IMG/VR virus record: IMGVR_UViG_3300029860_000005 | Location: 1,390-65,389 of that record | Strand: one strand, 5' to 3' | Source of the DNA: a virus | Length of the DNA: 64,000 bases | In this document: piece after piece, positions 21,366 through 30,567 of the stretch | Numbering within the stretch: the first letter of the stretch is position 1 | Layout of the letters: the number at the start of each line of letters is the position of its first letter | Notes under the pieces: generated by a model | What the model was told of the DNA's origin: nothing | The model's database searches: none | Seen by the model: only the letters and a program-made list of their open reading frames with translations | Position numbers and translations under genes: made by a program

Positions 21366-22658
21366 TTAATTTAATAATTCATCTATCCATTCTTGCTTCA
21401 TATTATTTGGAAATTCTTTATCTATATTATGTTTTTTATAATATTTATTCCAAAATTCAATATTAGCAAGAGCACGAGCTTTGTGCATAGGACAAATATA
21501 AGTAACTCTTTTATTAAGAACGCCTGTTTCTTGATAATTGTAAGCTTGACACCAAGCGCAACCGACTGCAATGGGACATTCACGACATTCATCAGAAGAT
21601 TGAGTATAAGAGTCAATGGCTTTTAACTCTCTTGTTAATTGTTTTTGCTCTTCTGTTGTTGCTATTTCATTTTTATTTACATTTCCTATAATAAGAGGTG
21701 GAACAGAATCACCTAAAGCATCTTCCATATAGCGTAAACAAGGATATAAATTACCTGTATAGTTTAGAGCAATCATAGCTCCATTTCCACCGCACCAATT
21801 TTTTAGTTCATCTTCGTTAGACCAATCTTTAGGTCTAAAAAATTTTGAATCTGGATATTCAAAAAATGAAATATACACGTCTTCTTCTAAATCGTTGTCG
21901 AGAAGGTAATTTCCTAATTTAGTCAATTCTTTATAATAAATTTTAGCATAATCTAAATTCCACCCTTTTTCAAATACTACATTTCCTAATATAGATGTAA
22001 AACCTAAATCTAAAAGATTTTTTACAGCATCAAATAAATAATTTATATTACTAGGAGATAAAGTAACTTTGGAACAAGGATATTCTCCAGTTTTTTCTCG
22101 CCAATCTTCTATTGCTTTTACTACAATATTATAGCTACCTGAACCATCAGGAAATTTTCTGCAAGCATCATGTAATTCTTTATTTCCATCAATACTAATA
22201 GAAACAGACAACCATTGTTTATATTTATCTAAAAATTTTTGCACTTTTGGATCAAAATATAATGTTCCATTAGTACAAATTAAAAATCTTGTAAAATAAA
22301 TTAATGGACTATTCATTTCAATTAATTTAGAAATTGTATAATCCATTACTTTATCTATTAAGTCTATATTTAAAAAAGGTTCTCCACCAATAAAATCAAA
22401 AATTAATCCTTTAACATTTTTTGGATTAAAATATTCATTTTCTTTAGGATTTATTGCTATCATATCTATATAATTTTTAGCAGTTTCAAAATCCATTAAA
22501 TGATTTTTTTTACATATTTGATAACAATAACTGCAACGTAAATTACAAGAATCGGTTACTTGTAATGTTATATCAAAAATTTTGTCATCTTTATCTGTTA
22601 ATAATTCTGGATATAACCTTTGTACTGTATCGTTATACTGTTCGAATTTACGTCTCAT
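21366..22658 (-). CDS. radical SAM enzyme with C-terminal SPASM/twitch-like Cys cluster (anSME/peptide-maturase-like)
   Basis: 'CNLRCSYC' Cx3Cx2C; C-terminal 'CRECPIAVGCAWCQAYN'. Confidence 0.7.
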   Translation of the reverse strand: MRRKFEQYNDTVQRLYPELLTDKDDKIFDITLQVTDSCNLRCSYCYQICKKNHLMDFETAKNYIDMIAINPKENEYFNPKNVKGLIFDFIGGEPFLNIDLIDKVMDYTISKLIEMNSPLIYFTRFLICTNGTLYFDPKVQKFLDKYKQWLSVSISIDGNKELHDACRKFPDGSGSYNIVVKAIEDWREKTGEYPCSKVTLSPSNINYLFDAVKNLLDLGFTSILGNVVFEKGWNLDYAKIYYKELTKLGNYLLDNDLEEDVYISFFEYPDSKFFRPKDWSNEDELKNWCGGNGAMIALNYTGNLYPCLRYMEDALGDSVPPLIIGNVNKNEIATTEEQKQLTRELKAIDSYTQSSDECRECPIAVGCAWCQAYNYQETGVLNKRVTYICPMHKARALANIEFWNKYYKKHNIDKEFPNNMKQEWIDELLN

Positions 22659-22963
22659 TTTACATCATCATTAATGGTTACAATAATTGTTTGAGTTGAA
22701 AAATCAATACTCCAATAAGCATTATTGCCATATTTATTTAAACCATAATATTTTGTTACATCATTTCTAATTTTATCATATTCAATAAATTTTTCAACAT
22801 ATTCTTGATGATATCTTTTATAATTATCAGTATCCATATTATTAAATGAACTACTATTCATCATATAAGTGATAATACTTTGACGAGCAAGAAGATCTTG
22901 ATAAGCTCGTTCTAATTTATCATTTAATTCTACGTTATTAGCATTTACTGTAATTGTTTTCAT
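22655..22963 (-). CDS. hypothetical protein
   Basis: 102 aa, translationally coupled to the radical SAM gene. Confidence 0.3.
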   Translation of the reverse strand: MKTITVNANNVELNDKLERAYQDLLARQSIITYMMNSSSFNNMDTDNYKRYHQEYVEKFIEYDKIRNDVTKYYGLNKYGNNAYWSIDFSTQTIIVTINDDVK

Positions 22964-22989
22964 TATTTTTCTCCTTTTTATCTTATAAA

Positions 22990-23709
22990 TTAACTTTTTA
23001 AATTTTTAGAATATAAAGATTTTAAAGCATTAATTGCTTTTTGCATTTCAGATTTAGTACAGACATTTCCATTATAAGAAGTGTTCTACATTTTAGAAAT
23101 ATTTGTGAATATTTCGTTTTTTAAGTTTGTATTGACTTTAGTGTTAGAAGAAACTTGTGTAGATAAAGGGCTATATCCACGCCTAAATAATTCTTTGTTT
23201 AGCATAGTATAAATATTAGCAATATCAGCAGCGTATAAAACAATTCTTAAATTAATAGAATTATAAAGATTTATATTAGCTGAAGTAGAGCATCCATTAT
23301 CACACCCGCCAGTACAAGTACCAGTACAAGCAGAACAATCAAGCCTACAAGTATCAGAGCAACCTTGACATCCTCCAGAACAACTTCCTGTGCAATCAAA
23401 ACGACAAGCGGCGCTACAACCATCACAATCTCCTCGACAACTTCCAGAACAACTACTAGAACATCCTGATCCGCAGTTTCCAGAGCAGTCACCTTGACAA
23501 GTAGAATCACAAGCGGCGCACCAATTACCACATGTACTGGAACATCCAGTATCACAACCGCCTTCACAACTACCTTGGCAACCTCCCTAACAGACAGTGC
23601 CACAAGTTTCACAAAGAGAACAATTACCACCACAGCCGTTATCACAACCGTTAGTACAACTTATAGTGCACTATCCCTTGCACCCAACTGTACTACAATT
23701 ACTAGCCAT
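22990..23709 (-). CDS. Cys/Gly/Asp-rich repeat protein (~240 aa, repeats of C-x(2-3)-C with GC/DC/SC), three in-frame TAG (23671, 23587, 23086)
   Basis: Hand translation of minus strand from ATG 23709: 'MASNCSTVGCKG-Q-CTISCTNGCDNGCGGNCSLCETCGTVC-Q-GGCQGSCEGGCDTGC...'. A 720-nt frame interrupted only by TAG. Replaces track ORF 23271..23645. Confidence 0.5.
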
Positions 23710-24278
23710 ACATTATGTCCTCCTTTAAATATTTTTTACGATATTCTCTAATTCATCTAATTTATTAAATAATTTATATCTAATAAAGATACTGCTCAAT
23801 AAAGAATAATATCTTAGATTATTATTTTCTTTTATTTGATAATTATTGAAAAATACAGTATTATTTTCAATAGTATCTGAATCAGCTTGCACTTCTAAGA
23901 ATAAATAATCAATTTCAGTTTGTATATGAATATTGTTTTTCAGATAATCTATTTTATTTATAAAATTTTGAAGTTTGTTAATCTTATCTAAAGAATGTAA
24001 AAATTCAAAATTTTGAATATTATAAAAAATAATGGCAATATTTTCTTGATTAATTTCTCCTTCAACTTCATTCAGCTATGAAATTAATTCATTATCATCA
24101 AATAAAGCACTTTAATATAAATTATAGCAAAATTTTTTTGATTTTGCAAATTTTATTTACCTAATTTATTTATAAATACTGGGTTTATTTTTAATGAAAA
24201 ATGACCATTTAACATTTTGTTAGAAAAATTTCTATGGGTGTGAGCAATTGGAACTACGGCCGATCGCGTTAATCAGGG

Positions 24279-24317
24279 ATAAAAAAATAGACACTATGAA
24301 ATAAATCATAGTGTCTA
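24279..24317 (-). terminator. rho-independent terminator after flotillin gene
   Basis: TAGACACTATG/CATAGTGTCTA + TTTTTTT. Confidence 0.5.
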
Positions 24318-24323
24318 TTTAAA

Positions 24324-25709
24324 TTACTTATTCAATGCCTTTGTAAGCATCTCTTTAATGTCGATACCATTTTCAGACATTGCTTCAATGACCTGGTTTG
24401 CGGAACCCATAACATCCTTTACAAGACGAGCAGAGTTTCCATCGCCATACTGGATGATCTTATCCACATTGGTAAGAGGGGCTGCCGCGTTTGCCACGAT
24501 TTGAGGCATTGCATTGAAATACATTTCAATGATAGAAGCTTCACCCATCTTCTTCTGTGCTTCTGCTTTCTTGTCGATTGCTGTAGCTTCAGCTTCACCA
24601 ACGGCCGCAATACCAGCAGCTTTCTGTTCGGCTGCGAACTTTTCTGCTTCAGCGCGAGCACGCATAGCTTTTGCTTCCTGCTCGATCTCATAAGCCTTAG
24701 CTTCAGCATCCTTCTGACGACGAATCAGGTCTGCCTCAGCCGCCTTTTCCGCAGCATACTTATCAGCATCAGCCTGTTTACGAACCAATGCAGTCAGTTC
24801 GTATTCCTTAAGCTCGATTTCTTTCTGCTTCAGTTCAGCTTCACGCTCGGCCTTTGCGATATTCGCATTAGTCGCAGCAACATCCTTGAGCTTACGCTGA
24901 TTTTCAGACTCAATGCCAGCGGCCGCCTCTGCCTGAGCTTTCTTGGTATCAGCTTCCTGCTTCAACTGAGCCTGCTTGATAGCAAGATCATTATTGCGGA
25001 TTGCGATTTCCTCAGCGGCCTTAACCTTAGCGTCATTAGACTGCTTAGCATTTTCCGCACGAGCGACCTCAATCTCACGTTCTGCGTTGGACTTAGCGAT
25101 CGCCGCGTTCTTGCTAATCTGAGCGACATTATCAATACCGAGGTTAGTGATAACATCATTATCATCAGAGAAGTTCTGAACGTTAAAGGTAATCAGCTCA
25201 AGACCATAACGCGCCAGATCAGGAACTGCGTTCTCCTGGACTTTCTCACTAAACAGCTTACGATCGCTAACCATATCAGTCAGCTTCATTTGACCAACGA
25301 TTTCACGAATATTACCCTCAAGAAGGTCATTAATCTTACGAGAAATTTCATCACGGCCTACATTAAGGAAGTTCTGAGCAGCGAGCGCAATCATTTCAGG
25401 ATCTCTGCCTACACGAACGGAAACCGTAGAATCAACACGAACGTTAATGTATTCGGCAGTAGGGACCGCAGATCCAGTCTTTACATCAATTTGAATAGCT
25501 CCGAGAGCAAGCTTATCCAAACGTTCGAAGAAAGGAATCTTCAAACCAGCTTTACCAACAAGAATTCGAGGTTTCTTATGGACACCACTGATGATATAAG
25601 CCATATCAGGCGGAGCCTTTACATAACCATTGAGGAAAATGAAAATTACCAGTAGCGCAATAAGAACTACAGGAATTGCCGGAAGGATAAATGAAATAAT
25701 AGCGGGCAT
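24324..25709 (-). CDS. SPFH/band-7 flotillin-like protein
   Basis: N-terminal TM, SPFH core, long Ala/Glu/Lys-rich coiled coil, 461 aa; GC-richer than neighbours. Confidence 0.7.
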   Translation of the reverse strand: MPAIISFILPAIPVVLIALLVIFIFLNGYVKAPPDMAYIISGVHKKPRILVGKAGLKIPFFERLDKLALGAIQIDVKTGSAVPTAEYINVRVDSTVSVRVGRDPEMIALAAQNFLNVGRDEISRKINDLLEGNIREIVGQMKLTDMVSDRKLFSEKVQENAVPDLARYGLELITFNVQNFSDDNDVITNLGIDNVAQISKNAAIAKSNAEREIEVARAENAKQSNDAKVKAAEEIAIRNNDLAIKQAQLKQEADTKKAQAEAAAGIESENQRKLKDVAATNANIAKAEREAELKQKEIELKEYELTALVRKQADADKYAAEKAAEADLIRRQKDAEAKAYEIEQEAKAMRARAEAEKFAAEQKAAGIAAVGEAEATAIDKKAEAQKKMGEASIIEMYFNAMPQIVANAAAPLTNVDKIIQYGDGNSARLVKDVMGSANQVIEAMSENGIDIKEMLTKALNK

Positions 25710-25735
25710 GAATAATTCTCCTTATTTATTTAATT

Positions 25736-25999
25736 TTAAATTTTATACTTATATTTGAATAATGCTTCAATAGCATCATCAATCGAATTATAGTATCCAT
25801 TATGTTCAAATTCTCCATCTTCATCCCATAAGAAAGAGATTTCTACACCTAATGGACCTTGTTCCAATTTTTCTTTTACTTCTTTGTAAATTGCTTCTTC
25901 CATTTGTCTTGTTATTAATTTTTCCCAATCTTCATAGGACATTTTTCCAGTAATAAGTTTTTTTGTTAAATCATTACCTTTATAATCATAAAGTGCCAT
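25736..25999 (-). CDS. hypothetical protein
   Basis: 87-aa ORF. Confidence 0.3.
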   Translation of the reverse strand: MALYDYKGNDLTKKLITGKMSYEDWEKLITRQMEEAIYKEVKEKLEQGPLGVEISFLWDEDGEFEHNGYYNSIDDAIEALFKYKYKI

Positions 26000-26010
26000 T
26001 TAGTTTTTCC

Positions 26011-26571
26011 TCATTCATCAAGAAATGATTTACATTCCTCAACTTTGGCTTTCATAGCATCAATGATTACATCAAGATTAATGGGATATCCATGATGAGA
26101 ATCAACACCTACATGATACATATAAGGTCGATCTTCAAAGAAATTAGTAGTTTGATGAGTATGACCGTAAAGATTCAAAGTCATTTGATGAAGATTTTCT
26201 CTTTCAAGATTGCCAGTCATACAAGGGAAATGGGTCATAAAGAAATGGTATTTACGATAATTTAGCATAATCGCCCAATCCATTTCAACAACATTAGGCA
26301 AATCCGCGTAAAGCTTCTGCCGAGTTGCTGTATCATGGTTGCCAAATACAATATGGAATTTACCCTTGAGACGTTTAACATATTCAATATTAGAAGGGTC
26401 TCCAAGCATTAGATCACCAAGAATATAAACGTCATCTTCATCAGAAATAATACTATTCCATTTCTCAATGTAATCTTCATTCATTTCTTTAATTGAAGAA
26501 TAGCCACGAGCTTTCCAAATAAATTCTCGATCATGTCCAAAGTGCATATCACTGGTTAAAAAGATTGCCAT
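26011..26571 (-). CDS. calcineurin-like metallophosphoesterase (Pnkp-type phosphatase candidate)
   Basis: 'GDLMLGD', 'GNHD' MPE motifs; overlaps the adjacent P-loop kinase gene. Confidence 0.6.
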   Translation of the reverse strand: MAIFLTSDMHFGHDREFIWKARGYSSIKEMNEDYIEKWNSIISDEDDVYILGDLMLGDPSNIEYVKRLKGKFHIVFGNHDTATRQKLYADLPNVVEMDWAIMLNYRKYHFFMTHFPCMTGNLERENLHQMTLNLYGHTHQTTNFFEDRPYMYHVGVDSHHGYPINLDVIIDAMKAKVEECKSFLDE

Positions 26572-27086
26572 GTATGAATCACTTCTCCTTTTTCATTAAC
26601 CTCTTGGATAAGGTTATATTTAACATATTCTTTAAAAGTGGGAGGAGTAAAAGAATTTGCCATACTCCGAATCACTTCTTCTGGAACCTGCGCTCGACCA
26701 TCACGCTGTTTATTGCGCTCAATGCAAACTTCAACAGGAACATTAAAATAAATAACATTCACATTAAGATTTGCATATCCTTTTGCGTTAATTGCTTTAA
26801 GAAGTTTCTTGCGGGAGCCGGGTCCAAGATGCGTGGCATCCGCATACACATCATCATAGTCTCTTAAAGAAAGAGTGATCGCTTCAACAAAAGCATGCCA
26901 TACGCTTTCTTCTTTGGCAAAATAGCTTTCATCATCATTTAACATTTGAAAACGAAGAGCATCACGAGAAACAACACAACCACATTGAGGCCAACGATTT
27001 TTAAGCCAAGTGGATTTACCCGAGCCTGGTATTCCGGACATAATCCAAAGATTCTTTTGCTTCATTTTTATACACCCCATTCTCAA
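26556..27086 (-). CDS. P-loop kinase, polynucleotide-kinase-like
   Basis: 'MSGIPGSGKSTWLKN' Walker A at N-terminus, 176 aa. Confidence 0.5.
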   Translation of the reverse strand: MRMGCIKMKQKNLWIMSGIPGSGKSTWLKNRWPQCGCVVSRDALRFQMLNDDESYFAKEESVWHAFVEAITLSLRDYDDVYADATHLGPGSRKKLLKAINAKGYANLNVNVIYFNVPVEVCIERNKQRDGRAQVPEEVIRSMANSFTPPTFKEYVKYNLIQEVNEKGEVIHTWQSF

Positions 27087-27276
27087 AATTTTCTTTAAAC
27101 TCTTCTACTTCTTCTGGAGTTCTACATTCGATATGATTTACTTCTTCTTTGCAATAAATACAATACAGCTTTTTACGATGAAATTTACCATGTTGAAGAC
27201 TTACTCGACGAGATAAAGGGATTCCTTTTCGTCCACAATTCATACAGTAAAAATCATGATTTTCATAAGATGCCAT
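27016..27276 (-). CDS. zinc-ribbon protein (paralog of 58825..59001)
   Basis: 'FYCMNCGRK...KKLYCIYCKEE' four-Cys ribbon. Confidence 0.35.
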   Translation of the reverse strand: MASYENHDFYCMNCGRKGIPLSRRVSLQHGKFHRKKLYCIYCKEEVNHIECRTPEEVEEFKENFENGVYKNEAKESLDYVRNTRLG

Positions 27277-27281
27277 TTAAA

Positions 27282-27482
27282 TTACTCCTTTGAGCGAGAA
27301 GGAACCGCAATATTAATAAAAATCTTAATGATAAACATTTGCCAATAAGTAATGTTTGGAAAGCAAAACCAAGGAATAAGAGCGGTATTCCAAATAAATA
27401 GCATAATAGCTACTTCAATGAACATAAAAGCTACACTCGCAACCGCCAAAGAAATATCATCATAATCGTTCATTTTTATCAA
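27282..27482 (-). CDS. small membrane protein
   Basis: 66 aa, hydrophobic. Confidence 0.3.
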   Translation of the reverse strand: MIKMNDYDDISLAVASVAFMFIEVAIMLFIWNTALIPWFCFPNITYWQMFIIKIFINIAVPSRSKE

Positions 27483-27507
27483 TTCCTTTCTTAACCTTAT
27501 ATATATA

Positions 27508-27536
27508 TTATATATTATTTTTTATAAAAAATCAAT
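27508..27536 (-). promoter_or_regulatory. sigma70-type promoter TTGATT-17-TATAAT
   Basis: by eye. Confidence 0.5.
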
Positions 27537-27544
27537 AAAGATTT

Positions 27545-27823
27545 TTACGCTTCCTCTAAATAATTTTCACACTCTTCAGCATCATATTTGACAGTTAAAT
27601 TTGTAGCATCGAGATAACCGCCATCATAGTAAAGTATATCGTGTTTAACAGTAGCATTTTTATAAATTTCTTCCTCGTTAGTATCTTTTACAATTTTAAA
27701 AAGATCACATAAAAATCTACAAGCAGACTCAATAGTGTCAAATTCAAGAGCTTTATCATCCCAACAGAGTGGATTAACACCCTCTTTTGTTTCATAAATA
27801 TGATATTTCATACCTCTAACCAT
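27545..27823 (-). CDS. hypothetical protein
   Basis: 92-aa ORF. Confidence 0.3.
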   Translation of the reverse strand: MVRGMKYHIYETKEGVNPLCWDDKALEFDTIESACRFLCDLFKIVKDTNEEEIYKNATVKHDILYYDGGYLDATNLTVKYDAEECENYLEEA

Positions 27824-27834
27824 TATTTTTCTCC

Positions 27835-28554
27835 TTACATAGTAAATTCAATAGTCTCGAATGTATCAAGGTCAATAAGACAAGTTTTTCCAGTAGCAAA
27901 AGAACCATTATCAATATCGCACTTATGTCCATCGCAATACCAAAAATGATTCATATTTTCCAAATCAAAATCTTTATAGCTTTTACCTACTGCAATATAA
28001 GGATCATAATTAGGCATCAGCAGAAAAGGCGTATGGCCATGAATACAGAAAGTGCGGTTTGCAGATGGACCTTCGGGCCACGGGTCATAAAAATGCTCTC
28101 GGCTCCAAATTAAATCACGAAAATTAGGTTTATCACCAAGTGTATAACCAGCATGAGAAAGAAGAATAATTTGATTATTCTTATTCATATAGGTTTCTTG
28201 CAGAGAAAGTTTAGCAAGTTCATGATACCATCCAGGATTAGCGTGCTCTCCAATTTGCCAGTCTTCAAATGTTTTTGCTCCACCATTATTACAAAGAAGA
28301 GCATAATCATAATAGAAGCCCTCATCTTTAAGATAATCTTTCATAGTTTCTAACAGCATATTTTCATGATTACCTTTAAGATAAATAACTCTTTTATCAG
28401 CGATGGCATCTTTAATAATTTCCCAACCATCATTTCCGCGGTCCGCACAATCACCCAGACAATAAAGAGTGTCGTTAGGATCAAGATATTTCATAATTTG
28501 ATCCCAAAGAGGTTTCATACCATGAATATCACTAACCGCATATGTTTTATTCAT
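27835..28554 (-). CDS. PPP-family Ser/Thr protein phosphatase (lambda-phosphatase-like)
   Basis: 'GDCADRG', 'GNHE' motifs. Confidence 0.6.
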   Translation of the reverse strand: MNKTYAVSDIHGMKPLWDQIMKYLDPNDTLYCLGDCADRGNDGWEIIKDAIADKRVIYLKGNHENMLLETMKDYLKDEGFYYDYALLCNNGGAKTFEDWQIGEHANPGWYHELAKLSLQETYMNKNNQIILLSHAGYTLGDKPNFRDLIWSREHFYDPWPEGPSANRTFCIHGHTPFLLMPNYDPYIAVGKSYKDFDLENMNHFWYCDGHKCDIDNGSFATGKTCLIDLDTFETIEFTM

Positions 28555-28588
28555 AAAATATCAATCCTTTCTTAATTTATATATATAT

Positions 28589-28617
28589 ATTATAATATAT
28601 TTTTATAAAAAAATCAA
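28589..28617 (-). promoter_or_regulatory. sigma70-type promoter TTGATT-17-TATAAT
   Basis: by eye. Confidence 0.5.
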
Positions 28618-28825
28618 GAGTGAGAAATTATCCCACTCTTGTAAGTTTCATAAATAGATTACAAATATTTAACCCTAAGCAACTTGCTAAAATCCAAATA
28701 TTCCAATATAACATTTTGTCAGTGTCTTTATACTTTTTAATAAAAGTGCATTGAATCCACTGGATAAGGCAGAAACACCAAATGGCAAAACAAGCCCAAA
28801 ACAAAGCTAAAAACAAATAATACAT

Positions 28826-29269
28826 TTAATTTCCCTCTTTTAATTCTTTTCTTACTCGCATTAAAATTTTTCCAAGTTTGTTATATGCCATAGTATCTTG
28901 GCATCGGACACAATGGCACACGCCCCATGTATTATCATGCCAAGTATTTCCTTCTTCAAGCCAAGCTTCTCCGGTTTTCTCAAGGGCAGTCCGCAAAGTT
29001 GGGTTTTGTGTAAATTTAGCTTTTACGCCTTTATACATAACATCTTCTTTAATGTCTTCCCAGTCTTTACGAATTACACAATGTCTTCCTAATCTCTTGG
29101 ATTTGCCAGGAGTAGGAGCCAATCTAATTTCTTCTGCATCCCCGGGGTTCGCTGCTTTCATTGCCTGAAAATAGTTTTCTACCGTGAGATATCTTTTTCC
29201 TTCTATTGTAATTGGAGAGTAAAAAAAGTTACTTAAAAAAGCAAAATCTCCTTCAAATTTATTAATCAT
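28826..29269 (-). CDS. NADAR (YbiA-like) domain protein
   Basis: 'FLSNFFYSPI...YLTVENYFQAMKA' NADAR signature. Confidence 0.55.
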   Translation of the reverse strand: MINKFEGDFAFLSNFFYSPITIEGKRYLTVENYFQAMKAANPGDAEEIRLAPTPGKSKRLGRHCVIRKDWEDIKEDVMYKGVKAKFTQNPTLRTALEKTGEAWLEEGNTWHDNTWGVCHCVRCQDTMAYNKLGKILMRVRKELKEGN

Positions 29270-29497
29270 TTAAATTTCCTCAAAGTTCTGAAGATCTAAT
29301 TCGGCTAAATCTTCAAAATCAAAATCTTCATTGTCATCAATATTGACACCATACATTTCGGCGCCTTCTTTAAGATACTGTCTTCGACCTTCCATGTACC
29401 ATGTCCAGTTATCAACGCCATCCCCTTCAAGAACATTAAGTTCATTTTCAGCTTTAAGAAGTTCAAGAAGTCTTTCTTTAGAAACAATATAATTCAT
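29270..29497 (-). CDS. small acidic protein
   Basis: 75 aa, consensus promoter upstream. Confidence 0.3.
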   Translation of the reverse strand: MNYIVSKERLLELLKAENELNVLEGDGVDNWTWYMEGRRQYLKEGAEMYGVNIDDNEDFDFEDLAELDLQNFEEI

Positions 29498-29526
29498 AAT
29501 AATATCACCTTTCTTTTTATATAAAT

Positions 29527-29555
29527 ATTATATAATAATTTTTTAAAAAAATCAA
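29527..29555 (-). promoter_or_regulatory. sigma70-type promoter TTGATT-17-TATAAT
   Basis: by eye. Confidence 0.5.
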
Positions 29556-29569
29556 AAAGGAGATAAGAA

Positions 29570-30106
29570 TTATTCCTTATCTCCTTTTTCTTGAATAAAA
29601 GTTTTAATTGGTTCGCTTACAAAACAACAAATATCGCACGCAACCTTTACTGATTCTTCTGGATCGTGTTTCAAGTATAGTGCGGTTGTTGCATAAGGAG
29701 CGCCTGCTCCAATGGCAAAATAGTCTTTGATCTCTCTTACCATAAACTTACAAATATGGAAAAGATGTCCTTTATAGGCGATAAGAAATTCATTTCTTAG
29801 AAATCCATCACCAATAAGAGTATTTTTCCATTTTGAAAATTCAATAATGTAATTAAGAATTTCTCGTTCATTAGCTTCAACTGGCTGATGATTTTCCATA
29901 TAAAGCCACATTAGACTTTGTTCATCACCATAACCAACTCCGCCAAGAATTATGTCGTTAATCTTAGCAATCTTAGCAAAATTAACATTAGGTTCCTTTT
30001 CATAGCCATTAGTAAGAATACTATCAGCACTCATTACAATTCTATCATCATAAACTTTAGCAGCGACAACGCTCATTTCAATCCTCCAACTGACAGATAT
30101 AAACAT
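29570..30106 (-). CDS. HslV/proteasome-beta-like Ntn hydrolase
   Basis: 'MSVVAAKVYDDRIVMSADSILTNG' resembles HslV '[23 protein letters not shown]'. Confidence 0.45.
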   Translation of the reverse strand: MFISVSWRIEMSVVAAKVYDDRIVMSADSILTNGYEKEPNVNFAKIAKINDIILGGVGYGDEQSLMWLYMENHQPVEANEREILNYIIEFSKWKNTLIGDGFLRNEFLIAYKGHLFHICKFMVREIKDYFAIGAGAPYATTALYLKHDPEESVKVACDICCFVSEPIKTFIQEKGDKE

Positions 30107-30560
30107 CTTCGTGATGGAGAATTTTTCTAATCATTAATTGAATAATATCCCAGTCTCCTCCACCAAGACCACACCCAATTTTATAAGGAAAAGCAATTGG
30201 AACATAGCCAGGAACTAATTTATTTAAATTTTCTAAACAGCTAGCAAATGCTTCATAATTAGTATATCTACATGGGCCATATCCATAATCATATTGAGCA
30301 AATAAACTTGCTACTCTATGACCATCTACGGTAGTAGTGCAAGCAACTGCACCAAGTAAAATGTCATCAGGTGGATTTTCTAATCCTGCGACTTGCGCTT
30401 CCGCGTTTTCAATAGTTTTTTTATAATCTACATAGACTTCAGGCCAACGAATACGGATTTGTTTGGCAAGGCCTGCGCCCATAACGCCTTAACAATTCAC
30501 TTGATGACAAATTACAATTTTAGGAGGTAAGTCTAATAGACTTTTATTTTTATAATAAGT
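30078..30560 (-). CDS. TARG1/OARD1-like macro domain protein, interrupted by an in-frame TAA (30489-30491) exactly at a conserved Gln position
   Basis: 'ITYYKNKSLL...IVICHQVNC-*-GVMGAGLAKQI...PYKIGCGLGGGDW'; track ORFs 30489..30677 and 30078..30482 are in the same frame. Confidence 0.45.
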
Positions 30561-30567
30561 AATCTGT

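Noticed and set aside
23271-23645. Track ORF (minus) translating to Val/Leu-rich 'MITAVVVIVLFVKL...'
   Set aside because: It is an alternative frame of the Cys-codon-rich repeat DNA. The other minus frame is open for 720 nt with only TAG interruptions and gives a coherent Cys/Gly repeat protein next to a radical SAM enzyme.
23760-24110. Possible additional TAG-interrupted minus-strand gene between the Cys-rich gene and flotillin
   Set aside because: Coding bias is plausible, but I could not establish a frame or any motif by hand, so it is left unannotated.
24501-25655. 384-aa plus-strand ORF antisense to the flotillin gene; likewise 31159..32574 (+), 37537..39753 (+) and 40653..41453 (+)
   Set aside because: Low-complexity Ser/Leu/Asn/Ile-rich translations lying entirely antisense to well-supported minus-strand genes with recognisable domains. 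No promoter or RBS on the plus strand, so these are antisense artefacts.
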